Source of the DNA: an uncultured Eubacteriales bacterium
GTDB taxonomy: Bacteria > Bacillota > Clostridia > Christensenellales > UBA1242
NCBI GenBank assembly: GCA_902796635.1
Contig: CADBPU010000005.1
Span: 1-26,680 of the forward strand
DNA length: 26,680 nucleotides
Direction of reading: 5' to 3'
Shown here piece by piece: positions 6,748-15,953 of the stretch. A program made the translations under genes and the position numbers. Numbering within the stretch: the stretch's first letter is position 1; the number at the start of each line of letters is the position of its first letter. The notes under the pieces are model-generated. The model made no database searches. It was not told the origin of the DNA and was given only the letters and a program-made list of their open reading frames with translations.

Positions 6748-9700
6748 TTACTTATTGTTATTTTTAATCAAATCAAATGATGTTTCAAAAACATCACACA
6801 AAATTTCTAACTTTTTTTTGACTGAATATTCGCTTAACATAAAATTCATTATTGCACCAGTTGGAGAATAATAAACTTCGATTCCAAGATTTTTTAATGT
6901 TTGACTTATAGTTTTATTCAACATGCTTTCCTTGTCATAAAACTCTGCTTGGCAACGTTCTCTATCAATAGAAATCCTTTTCACATCAAACTCTCTGGCA
7001 ACATTTCTAAGCAATGCAACGCTTGATAAATTATTAATTTCATCTGGAACTTTGCCATATAAATTTTCAATTTCCAAAAGCACTTTTTCTCTTTTTTGTT
7101 TGCAATCAATTTGTTTAAGATTGTTGTATATTCTAAATCTATTTTCACTGCCATCAATATAGTTTTCTGGAATATAACAATTTGTGGCAACATCAAGTTT
7201 GATATCCTTGTATTGCTTTTGTTTTTGGCCTTGGATTTCGCCAACGGCTTCTTTCAAAATTTTACAATACATATCATAGCCCACTTTTGCCATATGTCCA
7301 CTTTGTTCTGCCCCCAAAATATTACCACAACCACGGATTTCCAAATCTTTCATGGCAATTTTGAAGCCACTGACAAGTTCTGTAAATTCCATAATTGCGT
7401 TAAGGCGTTTGTAAGCATCTTCTGTGAGTGCCTTGTCTCTTTTGTATAGAAAATAAGCATATCCCAAATTTTTACTACGACCAACTCTACCTTTAAGTTG
7501 ATATAATTGAGAAAGTCCCAAATTGTCTGCATCAACAACAATAAGAGTGTTTGCACTTGGCAAATCAATACCATTTTCTATAAGTGTTGTGCTAATGAGC
7601 ACCTTTGTTTTGCCCTTATACAAATCCATGATTTGATTTTCTAGTTCGGTTGTTTCCATTTGACCGTGTGCAACACCTATTGCAATATCATTGCCGAGCA
7701 AAGTTCTTATATGATGTGCAAATTCATATATATGTTCCACCCTATTAAACACAATCAACACTTGCCCATCTCTGCCAAGTTCTCGATTAATTGCACTTAA
7801 AATCATTGTATCATTATACTCTGCCACATAGGTTTGAACAGACAAACGCCCCTTTGGTGCAGTTGCAATCACACTTATATCTCTAATTCCAACAAGTCCC
7901 ATATGAAGTGTTCTTGGAATTGGTGTCGCACTCAATGTCAAAACATCTATATTTGACTTTAATCTTTTGATTTTTTCTTTATCTCCAACTCCAAATCTCT
8001 GCTCTTCATCAAGTATTAAAAGACCCAAATCCTTAAAGACAACATCACTGGATAATAACCTATGGGTGCCACAAATAATGTCAATTTGACCCTTTTTTAA
8101 TCTTTCAATAATTTGTTTTTGCTCGGCTTTTGTTCTAAATCTATTCAAACACTCGACAGTTATTCCAAAATTTTCTAATCTTGCCTTGGCTGTGTTGTAA
8201 TGCTGTTCTGCAAGAATTGTTGTTGGCGCTAAAAAGCAAGTTTGTTTGTTGTTGTGAGCAGCAACAAATGCAGCACGCAGTGCAACTTCTGTTTTTCCAT
8301 AGCCCACATCACCACAAACAATTCTATCCATAATTTTTCCACTTTTCATGTCAGTCAAAATATCACTTATTGCACTTGTTTGGTCGTCAGTTTCTTCATA
8401 AGGAAAAGTGTTTTCAAATTCTCTTAATAACTTTTTATCAACTTCGTATTTATAGCCCTTTGCTTCTTCACGCTCTCTATATAACTGCACCAAATCAAAT
8501 GCAAGTTCTTTCAAGTTCTTTTTTACTTTTGCTTTTGTATTTTCAAAATCTCGTGAGCCCAATTTATTTAATTTTGGTGCTTTGCCAGTTGAGACGTATG
8601 CAGAAATAAGCCCAATTTGTTCAGTTGGCAGATACAATTTGTCGCCACCATCATATTTCAAAACGATGTAATCTTTTTCATAATTTGAAAATTTTAATCT
8701 TTGCACTCCTTCGCAAAGTGCAATTCCAAAACTTTCATGCACAACATAATCGCCTGCCTTTGGCAAAGTAAACTCTTCTTTTTTGACACTTTCAACCACT
8801 TTTTTCTGTACTTTCTTTTTTTGCAATTCGTTTGCGCCAATAACAACAAATTTATCTTCAACAAAAATTGCTCCATAAGGAATATTTTGTTTTGAAATAT
8901 AAATAATGTCATAATTTATATTTGTTGATTGCTCGTCATAGAATTCCACAGCCAAATTTTTACTTTTCAAAAAGTTTGATATATAATTTGCAAGTTCTTG
9001 TGTCCCTGCAAAAATAATAACTTTGTTTTCATATTCCAAATAATACTTCAAATCTTCTGCAAGCAAATCGAAATTGCCATGATAATTTGTTTCTGCACTT
9101 GTCTTGAAACTTAAAACTTTTTGTGGCTCAAAAATTCTGTTGCTTGTTGTTATTTGTTGAAAAGAAAGTTTTGTGTTTTTTATATCAAAAACTTTGTCAA
9201 AATGTATATAAAAATCTTTCAAAGAACAAAGCACTTCACCACTTTCTTGCAATGAATTAGAAATGCTTTCAAATTGCTCAAAATCTTGCTTGATTTTATC
9301 ATAAATATACTTGACATCATCAAAAACCACAATGGCATCATCATTCAAATAGTCAATAATAGAAACGCCTTGTAAATAAGCCATTAACCAATTTTGTATA
9401 TAAGAAAAATTTTCAGCTTCAAAATTAACTTTGAATTCTTCAAAATTTGTTTTTAATTTTATTTGTTTATTAGCATCAAGTTGTTTCAAAGATTTTTCAA
9501 AATCTTTTGTTATCTTTTCCAATAATTGAGACTTTGTATCAAAATCGAAACTTATCATAAAATTTGGTACTATATCAAAACTTTTGATTTCTTTTGTCTT
9601 CTTAAAAGTATCGAAATTAAAATGATAAATACTCTCAATAACATTATCAAAAAATTCGACTTTTATTGGATTTTGAGAAATATAATCATATATTGAAATT

Positions 9701-10212
9701 GTATCACCTTTGACACTAAATTCGCCCTTAAAAGATAATAAATCAACCCTTTTATATCCAATTTTAATTAAACTTTTAATGAATGTATTTTGGTCTATTT
9801 TTTGATTTGCTTTTACTGAAAGAATTGATTTTTGATACTCACTTTTTGGAGAAAATTTTTGCATTAAAACAGTAGGAGAAAGTATCAAACAATCAAGTTT
9901 GTTTTTTGAAAGTGAATATAACGTTTCAATATCATTTATCGTGTTATCACTTAGTGTTTGTTGATTAAGTGAAAAATTATTGATATCTGTGCCAAGCATT
10001 ATTTTTGATTTTTTACCAAAGCTTTGCATCTCAGCATCAAGTTTTATTGCATTTGAAATATTGCCTGTTATATATACAATTTGTCTTTTTTGAGAACACA
10101 AAAAAAGTGCCTTTTCACCAAAAGAAAGGCCAAAAACACTAGTGCTTATATTATCACTCATTGCGTTTTGCAAGTCTTTCAAATTGTTATTGAAAATTGG
10201 CAACTCTTTCAT
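6748..10212 (-). CDS. mfd: Transcription-repair coupling factor
   Basis: 1154 aa. UvrB-like N-terminus, RID (GDYVVHE..G), CGDVGYGKTEVA Walker A, DEEQRFG, SATPIPRTL, QLKGRVGR, DLEIRG.GNILG.EQSG. Confidence 0.98.
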   Translation of the reverse strand: MKELPIFNNNLKDLQNAMSDNISTSVFGLSFGEKALFLCSQKRQIVYITGNISNAIKLDAEMQSFGKKSKIMLGTDINNFSLNQQTLSDNTINDIETLYSLSKNKLDCLILSPTVLMQKFSPKSEYQKSILSVKANQKIDQNTFIKSLIKIGYKRVDLLSFKGEFSVKGDTISIYDYISQNPIKVEFFDNVIESIYHFNFDTFKKTKEIKSFDIVPNFMISFDFDTKSQLLEKITKDFEKSLKQLDANKQIKLKTNFEEFKVNFEAENFSYIQNWLMAYLQGVSIIDYLNDDAIVVFDDVKYIYDKIKQDFEQFESISNSLQESGEVLCSLKDFYIHFDKVFDIKNTKLSFQQITTSNRIFEPQKVLSFKTSAETNYHGNFDLLAEDLKYYLEYENKVIIFAGTQELANYISNFLKSKNLAVEFYDEQSTNINYDIIYISKQNIPYGAIFVEDKFVVIGANELQKKKVQKKVVESVKKEEFTLPKAGDYVVHESFGIALCEGVQRLKFSNYEKDYIVLKYDGGDKLYLPTEQIGLISAYVSTGKAPKLNKLGSRDFENTKAKVKKNLKELAFDLVQLYREREEAKGYKYEVDKKLLREFENTFPYEETDDQTSAISDILTDMKSGKIMDRIVCGDVGYGKTEVALRAAFVAAHNNKQTCFLAPTTILAEQHYNTAKARLENFGITVECLNRFRTKAEQKQIIERLKKGQIDIICGTHRLLSSDVVFKDLGLLILDEEQRFGVGDKEKIKRLKSNIDVLTLSATPIPRTLHMGLVGIRDISVIATAPKGRLSVQTYVAEYNDTMILSAINRELGRDGQVLIVFNRVEHIYEFAHHIRTLLGNDIAIGVAHGQMETTELENQIMDLYKGKTKVLISTTLIENGIDLPSANTLIVVDADNLGLSQLYQLKGRVGRSKNLGYAYFLYKRDKALTEDAYKRLNAIMEFTELVSGFKIAMKDLEIRGCGNILGAEQSGHMAKVGYDMYCKILKEAVGEIQGQKQKQYKDIKLDVATNCYIPENYIDGSENRFRIYNNLKQIDCKQKREKVLLEIENLYGKVPDEINNLSSVALLRNVAREFDVKRISIDRERCQAEFYDKESMLNKTISQTLKNLGIEVYYSPTGAIMNFMLSEYSVKKKLEILCDVFETSFDLIKNNNK

Positions 10213-10232
10213 ATTCCTCCAAATTTATACAA

Positions 10233-10754
10233 TTAGTCTTTTATAAAACTCTCTATTTTCTTGACTGCTTCTTCAACTGAATTTTCAAAAACTTCCAAAT
10301 AATTTTTTGGTATTTTTCCAACGACATAATCAGCCAGATTGTATATCTTTTCTTCTGGCTTTATTCCAATACGTAGTCTTGGAATCTCTGTTGTGCCAGT
10401 CAATGCAACAATATTTCTCATGCCATTGTGTGTGCCTGCACTGCCATTTTGTCTCAATCTAATTGTTCCAAAAGGCAAATCTATATCGTCATATATTATT
10501 AACGTCTTTTCTGGTTTATAAAAATTTATAAGTTCTACTACTGCTTCGCCACTCAAATTCATATATGTCTGTGGTTTTGCGAGCACAACGCTTTTATTCA
10601 AAATATTGCCAGCGTATATCAAAGACTTGCCAAATTTTTTGCTTATTTCAATGCCATTTTCGTCTGCAAATCTATCTATGGTAATAAAACCGGCATTGTG
10701 ATTTGTGCCAGCATATTCCATGCCATAATTTCCTAGTCCAACAATCAAAATCAT
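10233..10754 (-). CDS. pth: Peptidyl-tRNA hydrolase
   Basis: LIVGLGN, HNAGF, KPQTYMNLSG, YDDIDL, G.AGTHNG and RLRIGI motifs. Upstream of mfd. Confidence 0.96.
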   Translation of the reverse strand: MILIVGLGNYGMEYAGTNHNAGFITIDRFADENGIEISKKFGKSLIYAGNILNKSVVLAKPQTYMNLSGEAVVELINFYKPEKTLIIYDDIDLPFGTIRLRQNGSAGTHNGMRNIVALTGTTEIPRLRIGIKPEEKIYNLADYVVGKIPKNYLEVFENSVEEAVKKIESFIKD

Positions 10755-10766
10755 ATCAACTCCAAA

Positions 10767-11666
10767 TTACTCTGCTTTGTAAGATACAAAACTTTTAAGT
10801 TTGTTTTCTGGTTTTATTACAACACCATCAACAATACAATGAGATGGCAAAACAACTCCATCACAAATTTTTGCATTGTTTTTGATTTGGCAAAAACTTT
10901 CAATAACTGCATTGTTACCAACAAATGAGTTTACTATTTCACTGTTTGTTATTGATGCACCATGCAAAATCACACTATCAGTAATTATATTATTTGAATT
11001 GATGATAACATCGTTTTCAATAACACTATGACCTTTTATTTGATTAAATGGCTTAATCACAGTGCCTTCGCCAATTTGACAATCTGCATCAATAAAAGTT
11101 GAAGTTGGGTCTTCAATAAAAACACCATTTTTCATAAAGTATGACAAAATTCTGTTGCGTAAAACTTCATTAACCATTGCAGTTTGCTTAAAGTTTAAGC
11201 ACGTCATAAAGTCTTCTTCTTCAAAATACTGCATTTGTGGGTTGAGTAAACTTTCAATTTGCATCAAATATTTTGTTTCAAAAACATAACCACGTGTAAG
11301 TTTAAGCACACTCAAACTTTTGATTTTGAAGTATTCCATGATTTGCAGAAAGTTTTTTCTTTGAAATAGTGGCGTATCACTAAAAAGCACCAAAGTGTAT
11401 TTGCAGTTTGTGTCCACAACTCTTTTAACAACAGGCAAAAAGTCATCGCCAAAGTTATATTCAGCATAGCAAATTTTTGTGTCATACACAGCATTTGCAA
11501 CCCATTCAAGCATAGTTTTTCCACAGAGTTTTATTTCAAAAGGATTAACATTTCCAAATGCTTTGTTTTTTACTTTCAAAATCACAGTGCAAACATCGTC
11601 ATTATTTTCAAGTTCTCTAAAATTTTGCACCATATCTTTTGTGCTTATTCCTTCCAATATTTCCAT
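10767..11666 (-). CDS. Truncated, degenerate GlmU-like protein (nucleotidyltransferase-fold remnant plus short left-handed beta-helix)
   Basis: CGKTMLEWV, LFSDTPL, GYVF and the GlmU-type linker LRNRI..FMKNGV.I.DP.STFID followed by hexapeptide repeats. Occupies the glmU position upstream of pth-mfd. Catalytic motifs are missing (see findings). Confidence 0.8.
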   Translation of the reverse strand: MEILEGISTKDMVQNFRELENNDDVCTVILKVKNKAFGNVNPFEIKLCGKTMLEWVANAVYDTKICYAEYNFGDDFLPVVKRVVDTNCKYTLVLFSDTPLFQRKNFLQIMEYFKIKSLSVLKLTRGYVFETKYLMQIESLLNPQMQYFEEEDFMTCLNFKQTAMVNEVLRNRILSYFMKNGVFIEDPTSTFIDADCQIGEGTVIKPFNQIKGHSVIENDVIINSNNIITDSVILHGASITNSEIVNSFVGNNAVIESFCQIKNNAKICDGVVLPSHCIVDGVVIKPENKLKSFVSYKAE

Positions 11667-11672
11667 GAATAT

Positions 11673-11701
11673 ATAATATATATAAATAAAAAAAAAGTCA
11701 A
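11673..11701 (-). promoter_or_regulatory. Sigma-A promoter of the glmU-like/pth/mfd operon
   Basis: TTGACT (11701-11696), 17 nt, TATTAT (11678-11673). ATG is 6 nt downstream. Confidence 0.7.
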
Positions 11702-11752
11702 ATTGAATAATGTAAAATTATAAAATCCAATAATTGACTTTCCAATAAAGAA

Positions 11753-12238
11753 TTAAAAGAGTTTTTTATTTTTTCTTTTCAAAGCAAAAAAATTTTGTAG
11801 TAATTTTCTGCAATCGCTTTCAAGCACACCAACAATGACATTTGTTTTTGTATTAAGAGATTGATTATTTAACAAATCAACACCACTTCCACATGCACCA
11901 AAGTTTGGCTCAGCAACACCAATCACAACATTTTTTATTCTGTGATTGACTATCGCCCCAGCACACATGGCACATGGTTCCATAGTCACATACAAGGTGT
12001 AGCCATTATCAAGTCGCCAATCTCCAAGTTTTTTGCAAGCACTTGCAATAGAGACAATTTCTGCGTGATATACTGAGCAATGCAGTTTTTCTTTTTTGTT
12101 ATATCCACGCCCCACAACTTTGCCATCTTTCACAATCACACAACCAACCGGCACTTCATCATTTTTACGTGCTTTTTGTGCTTCTTTTATTGCAAGTTTC
12201 ATAAATTTTTCATGTTCAAAATTACTTTCTTTTTCCAT
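11753..12238 (-). CDS. tadA: tRNA adenosine(34) deaminase
   Basis: M.LA..EA..A....EVPVG, HAEI, LYVTMEPCAMCAGA zinc motif and C..LL..FF end. Confidence 0.93.
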   Translation of the reverse strand: MEKESNFEHEKFMKLAIKEAQKARKNDEVPVGCVIVKDGKVVGRGYNKKEKLHCSVYHAEIVSIASACKKLGDWRLDNGYTLYVTMEPCAMCAGAIVNHRIKNVVIGVAEPNFGACGSGVDLLNNQSLNTKTNVIVGVLESDCRKLLQNFFALKRKNKKLF

Positions 12239-12251
12239 ATAATTTCCTAAT

Positions 12252-13457
12252 CTATACCAAGTTTACAATTTTCTTGTTTTTATAAATTTCTTTTTCAATA
12301 ATATTATTTGCCACAACAAAAGCACTTGTCCAAGCCCATTGCAAATTGTAGCCACCACAAACGCCATCAACATCACAAAGCTCGCCACAAAAATACATAT
12401 CTTTTTGATTTTTGCTCTCCAAACTTTGTGTCAAGCAAAACAAATCAACACCACCAGAAAAAACTTGGTTGTTGTCGTAGCAATCTACAACATCAAATTT
12501 CATATCTGTGATATTTTCAACAAGACATTCAATTTCTTGCTTAGACAAACTCTTGCTTGACTTTTCCAAAGGTATATTTGACCTTGTCAAAATTTCTTTT
12601 GAAAGTTGTGATGCAAACAAACTTTCAAGCAACGATTGCACATTTTCAAATATGTTCACTTTTGAACTTATTAAATCAAAAATTTGAAATTTTGAGTAAT
12701 TTTTAAGCAAATTTACTGAAATTTTACCTTCAAAACGCTTATTTTTTGCAAAAATTGAAGAAATATTAAAAATACATATTCCACTCAATCCATGCTCTTT
12801 GAATAAAATTTCGCCAATTTCTATCTTTTCTTTATCACCAATTTTGGCTTTTACAAGCACATTAGAAACTCTTATGCCATCAAGTTTTTTTGTGTTCTGT
12901 TTGGTTTTTAGTGCAACAAGACTTGGTAAAATTTTGTTATATTTAATATCAAATTTTTTTAGAATATTTTGTGAAAACACATTAACACCACAAGCCATGA
13001 TAACCTTTTTTGCTAAAATATCCAACTTGTCTGTTTTAATCAAATATTTATCATTTTTGCAATCGATGTCTTTAACTGTGGTTTCGCCAAAAAAGTCAAT
13101 TTTTAATTTATTTATTTGGTTTATCAAAACATGTTGAACTGTTTTGGCACTGTTTGAAATTGGGTATGCCCTGCCTTCGTCGTCAAAATATATTTCAAGT
13201 CCAAATTTCTTAAACAATTTCATAGTATCTTGATAGTCAAAAACATGCAAAAAATCGTCTATGTTTTGATTGTAAAAACTACTAGACATATTTTTGTTTG
13301 TTATATTGCATCTGCCATTGCCTGTCACAAGTAGTTTTTTTGCGGGTTTGTCGAATTTATCTACAATACAAACTTTTAGCCCTTTTTCTGCAAGCAAAAT
13401 GCTGGCTAGTGCTCCACTTGCTCCTGCACCTATCACGCAAACATCAAAATTTTGCAT
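12252..13457 (-). CDS. HI0933/YhiN (BaiN/RdsA-like) family flavoprotein
   Basis: VIGAGASG dinucleotide fold, KKLLVTGNGRCNITN, F...GLSG..I, GGV, GE..DVDG.CGGYNLQWAW. Confidence 0.92.
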   Translation of the reverse strand: MQNFDVCVIGAGASGALASILLAEKGLKVCIVDKFDKPAKKLLVTGNGRCNITNKNMSSSFYNQNIDDFLHVFDYQDTMKLFKKFGLEIYFDDEGRAYPISNSAKTVQHVLINQINKLKIDFFGETTVKDIDCKNDKYLIKTDKLDILAKKVIMACGVNVFSQNILKKFDIKYNKILPSLVALKTKQNTKKLDGIRVSNVLVKAKIGDKEKIEIGEILFKEHGLSGICIFNISSIFAKNKRFEGKISVNLLKNYSKFQIFDLISSKVNIFENVQSLLESLFASQLSKEILTRSNIPLEKSSKSLSKQEIECLVENITDMKFDVVDCYDNNQVFSGGVDLFCLTQSLESKNQKDMYFCGELCDVDGVCGGYNLQWAWTSAFVVANNIIEKEIYKNKKIVNLV

Positions 13458-13520
13458 ATTTTCTCCAATAATATTATTATACTACAATAGTAAATTATAA
13501 ACAAGCAATTTGATTTTACA

Positions 13521-13548
13521 AAAAACAACTAGGAACCTAGTTGTTTTT
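13521..13548. terminator. Rho-independent terminator after pheT (symmetric)
   Basis: AAAAACAACTAGG / CCTAGTTGTTTTT perfect inverted repeat. Confidence 0.88.
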
Positions 13549-13570
13549 AATTTATTAAATCTTGTTTTTA

Positions 13571-15946
13571 TTACATCATTTTTAATTCATATCCAAAGAC
13601 CTTTGCGTTTTGAATAAATGCGCTGTGGAAGTTTTCAATTTCTTCACCGCTCAATGTGTGGTCATCACTCCAAAGTTTTACGGAATATGTCATACTCTTT
13701 TTGCCTTGCATATCTGCACTTTGATAGATATCTTTGAGTGCAATTTCATATTTGAGATTTGTTGCAATTTTTGATAAATTGTCAATACTATCTGCATACA
13801 CAACATTTTTGTCCATAACAAAGTTAAAATCTAAATTTGTTGCTTGATATTTGCTTGGCATTTTGATTTGAACTTTTTGCTCTTCAATCTTTGCAAAATC
13901 ACTGTAATCCAACTCTAAAACAGCAACTGCTGATTTTTTGTTGATTGCATTTTTTGTGAGTGGGTGCAACAAAGCAATATATCCAACACATTTGTCATCA
14001 ATCAAAATTTGAGCATTATTGACAGGATGAACAAAGTTTTTTGAAACTGCTTTGAGTTTGAAAGAAACATTTTTATTCAAGAATTCTTGCGCCATACTTT
14101 CAACAATATCTTTTACTTCAAAATATAACTCTTTTTCTGTCTTTTGCGTATTATATAAAGCCAATCCCAAATGTTTTTTCTCAATTACATTTTTATCTTC
14201 ATCAAGTCCAACCACAACTCTGCCAATTTCAAATACACCAAAGTTTGAAAGCAAATTTTTATTTTCATTTATCACTTTTAAGATTGTTGGCATCATCTCG
14301 CTACGAATTTGGTTGTTCTCTTTTACAATACTATTAAGAATTTTTGCATAGCTTGTTGTTTCAATATTGAGATTTTTGTTTGATTCTTCATCTTCCCAAA
14401 TATAACTATGAATTTCATTAAGTCCAAACTTTTCTGCGAGCATAAGTTTTAGGTCATACTCCATCAAATGCTCACGTTCTTGCTCAACGGGTTCAATAAC
14501 TTCTTTTACTGGCTCTGGTTTTATGTTGTCATAGCCATATATTCTTGCGACTTCTTCAACGATATCAACAGGAATTGTAACATCCTTTGTTGCCCTGTAT
14601 GTTGGTACTTCTATTTGCAAATTAAAGCCATCATTTTTTACTTTGAAGCCAAGAGCATTTAATGTTGAAATGATAAAGTCATTTGATAATTTTACGCCAA
14701 CATAATGATTAATAAACTCAGCAGTGGTTGAAATTGTACGTCTTTCATAATGTTTGTTGTAAACATCGCTAAGACCACTAATAACCCTAACACCTTTATC
14801 AATATATCTCAAAATATAGAAATATCTACCTATGGCAACAGTTGTCATCTCTGGGTCAAGTGATTTTTCATACCTATTGCTTGCTTCACTTCTAAGTCCT
14901 AATTTTATTGCAGTTTTTCTTATACTACTGCTATCAAAACAAGCACCTTCCAAAATAACGCTGTTGCTGTTTTCAACAATTTCGCTATCAAGTCCACCCA
15001 TGACACCCGCAATACACATTGGCTCCTTTTCATTACAAATCATCATTGTACCAGCATCAAGCAATCTATTTTGTCCATCCAAAGTTGTGAACTCTGTTGG
15101 TCTTGGCAAATCTCTAACTTCAATTCTTTGTGCAGCATTGCCATCAAAAGCGTGCATTGGCTGGCCAAGTTCCAACATGACATAGTTTGTAAGGTCTGCA
15201 AGCAAATTTATTGCTCTCATACCACATCTATAAAGACGAATTTGCACATTTTCTGGGCTTTCTTTTTTTGAAACATTTGCAATTTTGATGCAACTATATC
15301 TCAAACAACTATCTGTATATACTTCAACAGGGATTTTGTCCATTTGGGAATAATAATTAAGGTCATCAACAACAATATTTTTGAGTGGCTTATCAAAAAG
15401 CACTGCAATTTCTCTTGCAATTCCATAATGTCCCCAAAGGTCAGGTCTATTGGTCAAACTCTTGTTGTCTACTTCAAAAATTGTATCTTCAATTTGATAT
15501 ACATCTTTGATATCAGTGCCAAGTTTCACATCGTCAACAATTTCCCAAATGCCATCACTCTTTTCTGCAAGTCCAAGTTCTTCTTTACTGCAACACATAC
15601 CATTTGATGGATAGCCAGCAATGATCGTTGCTTTGATTTCTCCACCAACAACTTTTGCACCAACTTTTGCAAACGCAACAAGCATGCCTTCTCTCACATT
15701 TGGTGCACCACAAATACAATCAACAACTCCGTTGCCTGTATCAACTTTGAGAACATGCAAATGATTACTTTGTGGGTGTGCTTCGCAAGACAAAACTTTT
15801 GCAACAATGATGCCACTGATATCTTTTCCAACATCATAAAAATCTTCAACTTCGGCAGTTGCCAAAGTAAATTTTTTTACGATTTCTGCTGGTTCTATTC
15901 CTTTTATATCTACAAAATCATTTATCCAATTCAAACTAATTTTCAT
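13571..15946 (-). CDS. pheT: Phenylalanine--tRNA ligase beta subunit
   Basis: 791 aa. tRNA-binding OB fold (CGAPNV, S.GM.CS..ELG), NRPDL.GHYGIARE, N.VMLELGQPMHAFD, AS.RYEK..D, D.VEEVARIYGYD and a C-terminal FDX-ACB domain. Confidence 0.98.
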   Translation of the reverse strand: MKISLNWINDFVDIKGIEPAEIVKKFTLATAEVEDFYDVGKDISGIIVAKVLSCEAHPQSNHLHVLKVDTGNGVVDCICGAPNVREGMLVAFAKVGAKVVGGEIKATIIAGYPSNGMCCSKEELGLAEKSDGIWEIVDDVKLGTDIKDVYQIEDTIFEVDNKSLTNRPDLWGHYGIAREIAVLFDKPLKNIVVDDLNYYSQMDKIPVEVYTDSCLRYSCIKIANVSKKESPENVQIRLYRCGMRAINLLADLTNYVMLELGQPMHAFDGNAAQRIEVRDLPRPTEFTTLDGQNRLLDAGTMMICNEKEPMCIAGVMGGLDSEIVENSNSVILEGACFDSSSIRKTAIKLGLRSEASNRYEKSLDPEMTTVAIGRYFYILRYIDKGVRVISGLSDVYNKHYERRTISTTAEFINHYVGVKLSNDFIISTLNALGFKVKNDGFNLQIEVPTYRATKDVTIPVDIVEEVARIYGYDNIKPEPVKEVIEPVEQEREHLMEYDLKLMLAEKFGLNEIHSYIWEDEESNKNLNIETTSYAKILNSIVKENNQIRSEMMPTILKVINENKNLLSNFGVFEIGRVVVGLDEDKNVIEKKHLGLALYNTQKTEKELYFEVKDIVESMAQEFLNKNVSFKLKAVSKNFVHPVNNAQILIDDKCVGYIALLHPLTKNAINKKSAVAVLELDYSDFAKIEEQKVQIKMPSKYQATNLDFNFVMDKNVVYADSIDNLSKIATNLKYEIALKDIYQSADMQGKKSMTYSVKLWSDDHTLSGEEIENFHSAFIQNAKVFGYELKMM

Positions 15947-15953
15947 AAATAAA

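Noticed and set aside
7366-7380. Mfd reads ELVSGF where ELGSGF is typical
   Set aside because: A single GGC-to-GTC difference outside the core ATPase motifs; it could be a neutral variant or base-call error.
10695-10735. Pth GNYG and TNHN instead of GNPG and TRHN
   Set aside because: Catalytic Asn, His, Asp and His residues are all present; ordinary divergence.
11688-11696. A9/T8 runs in intergenic regions and promoter spacers as phase-variation switches
   Set aside because: Such runs are frequent in the non-coding DNA of this AT-rich window, and nothing singles them out.
11694-11741. AAAGTCAA...TTGACTTT inverted repeat as a tadA terminator or divergent promoter
   Set aside because: The arms are about 30 nt apart, and the plus-strand TTGACT has no matching -10.
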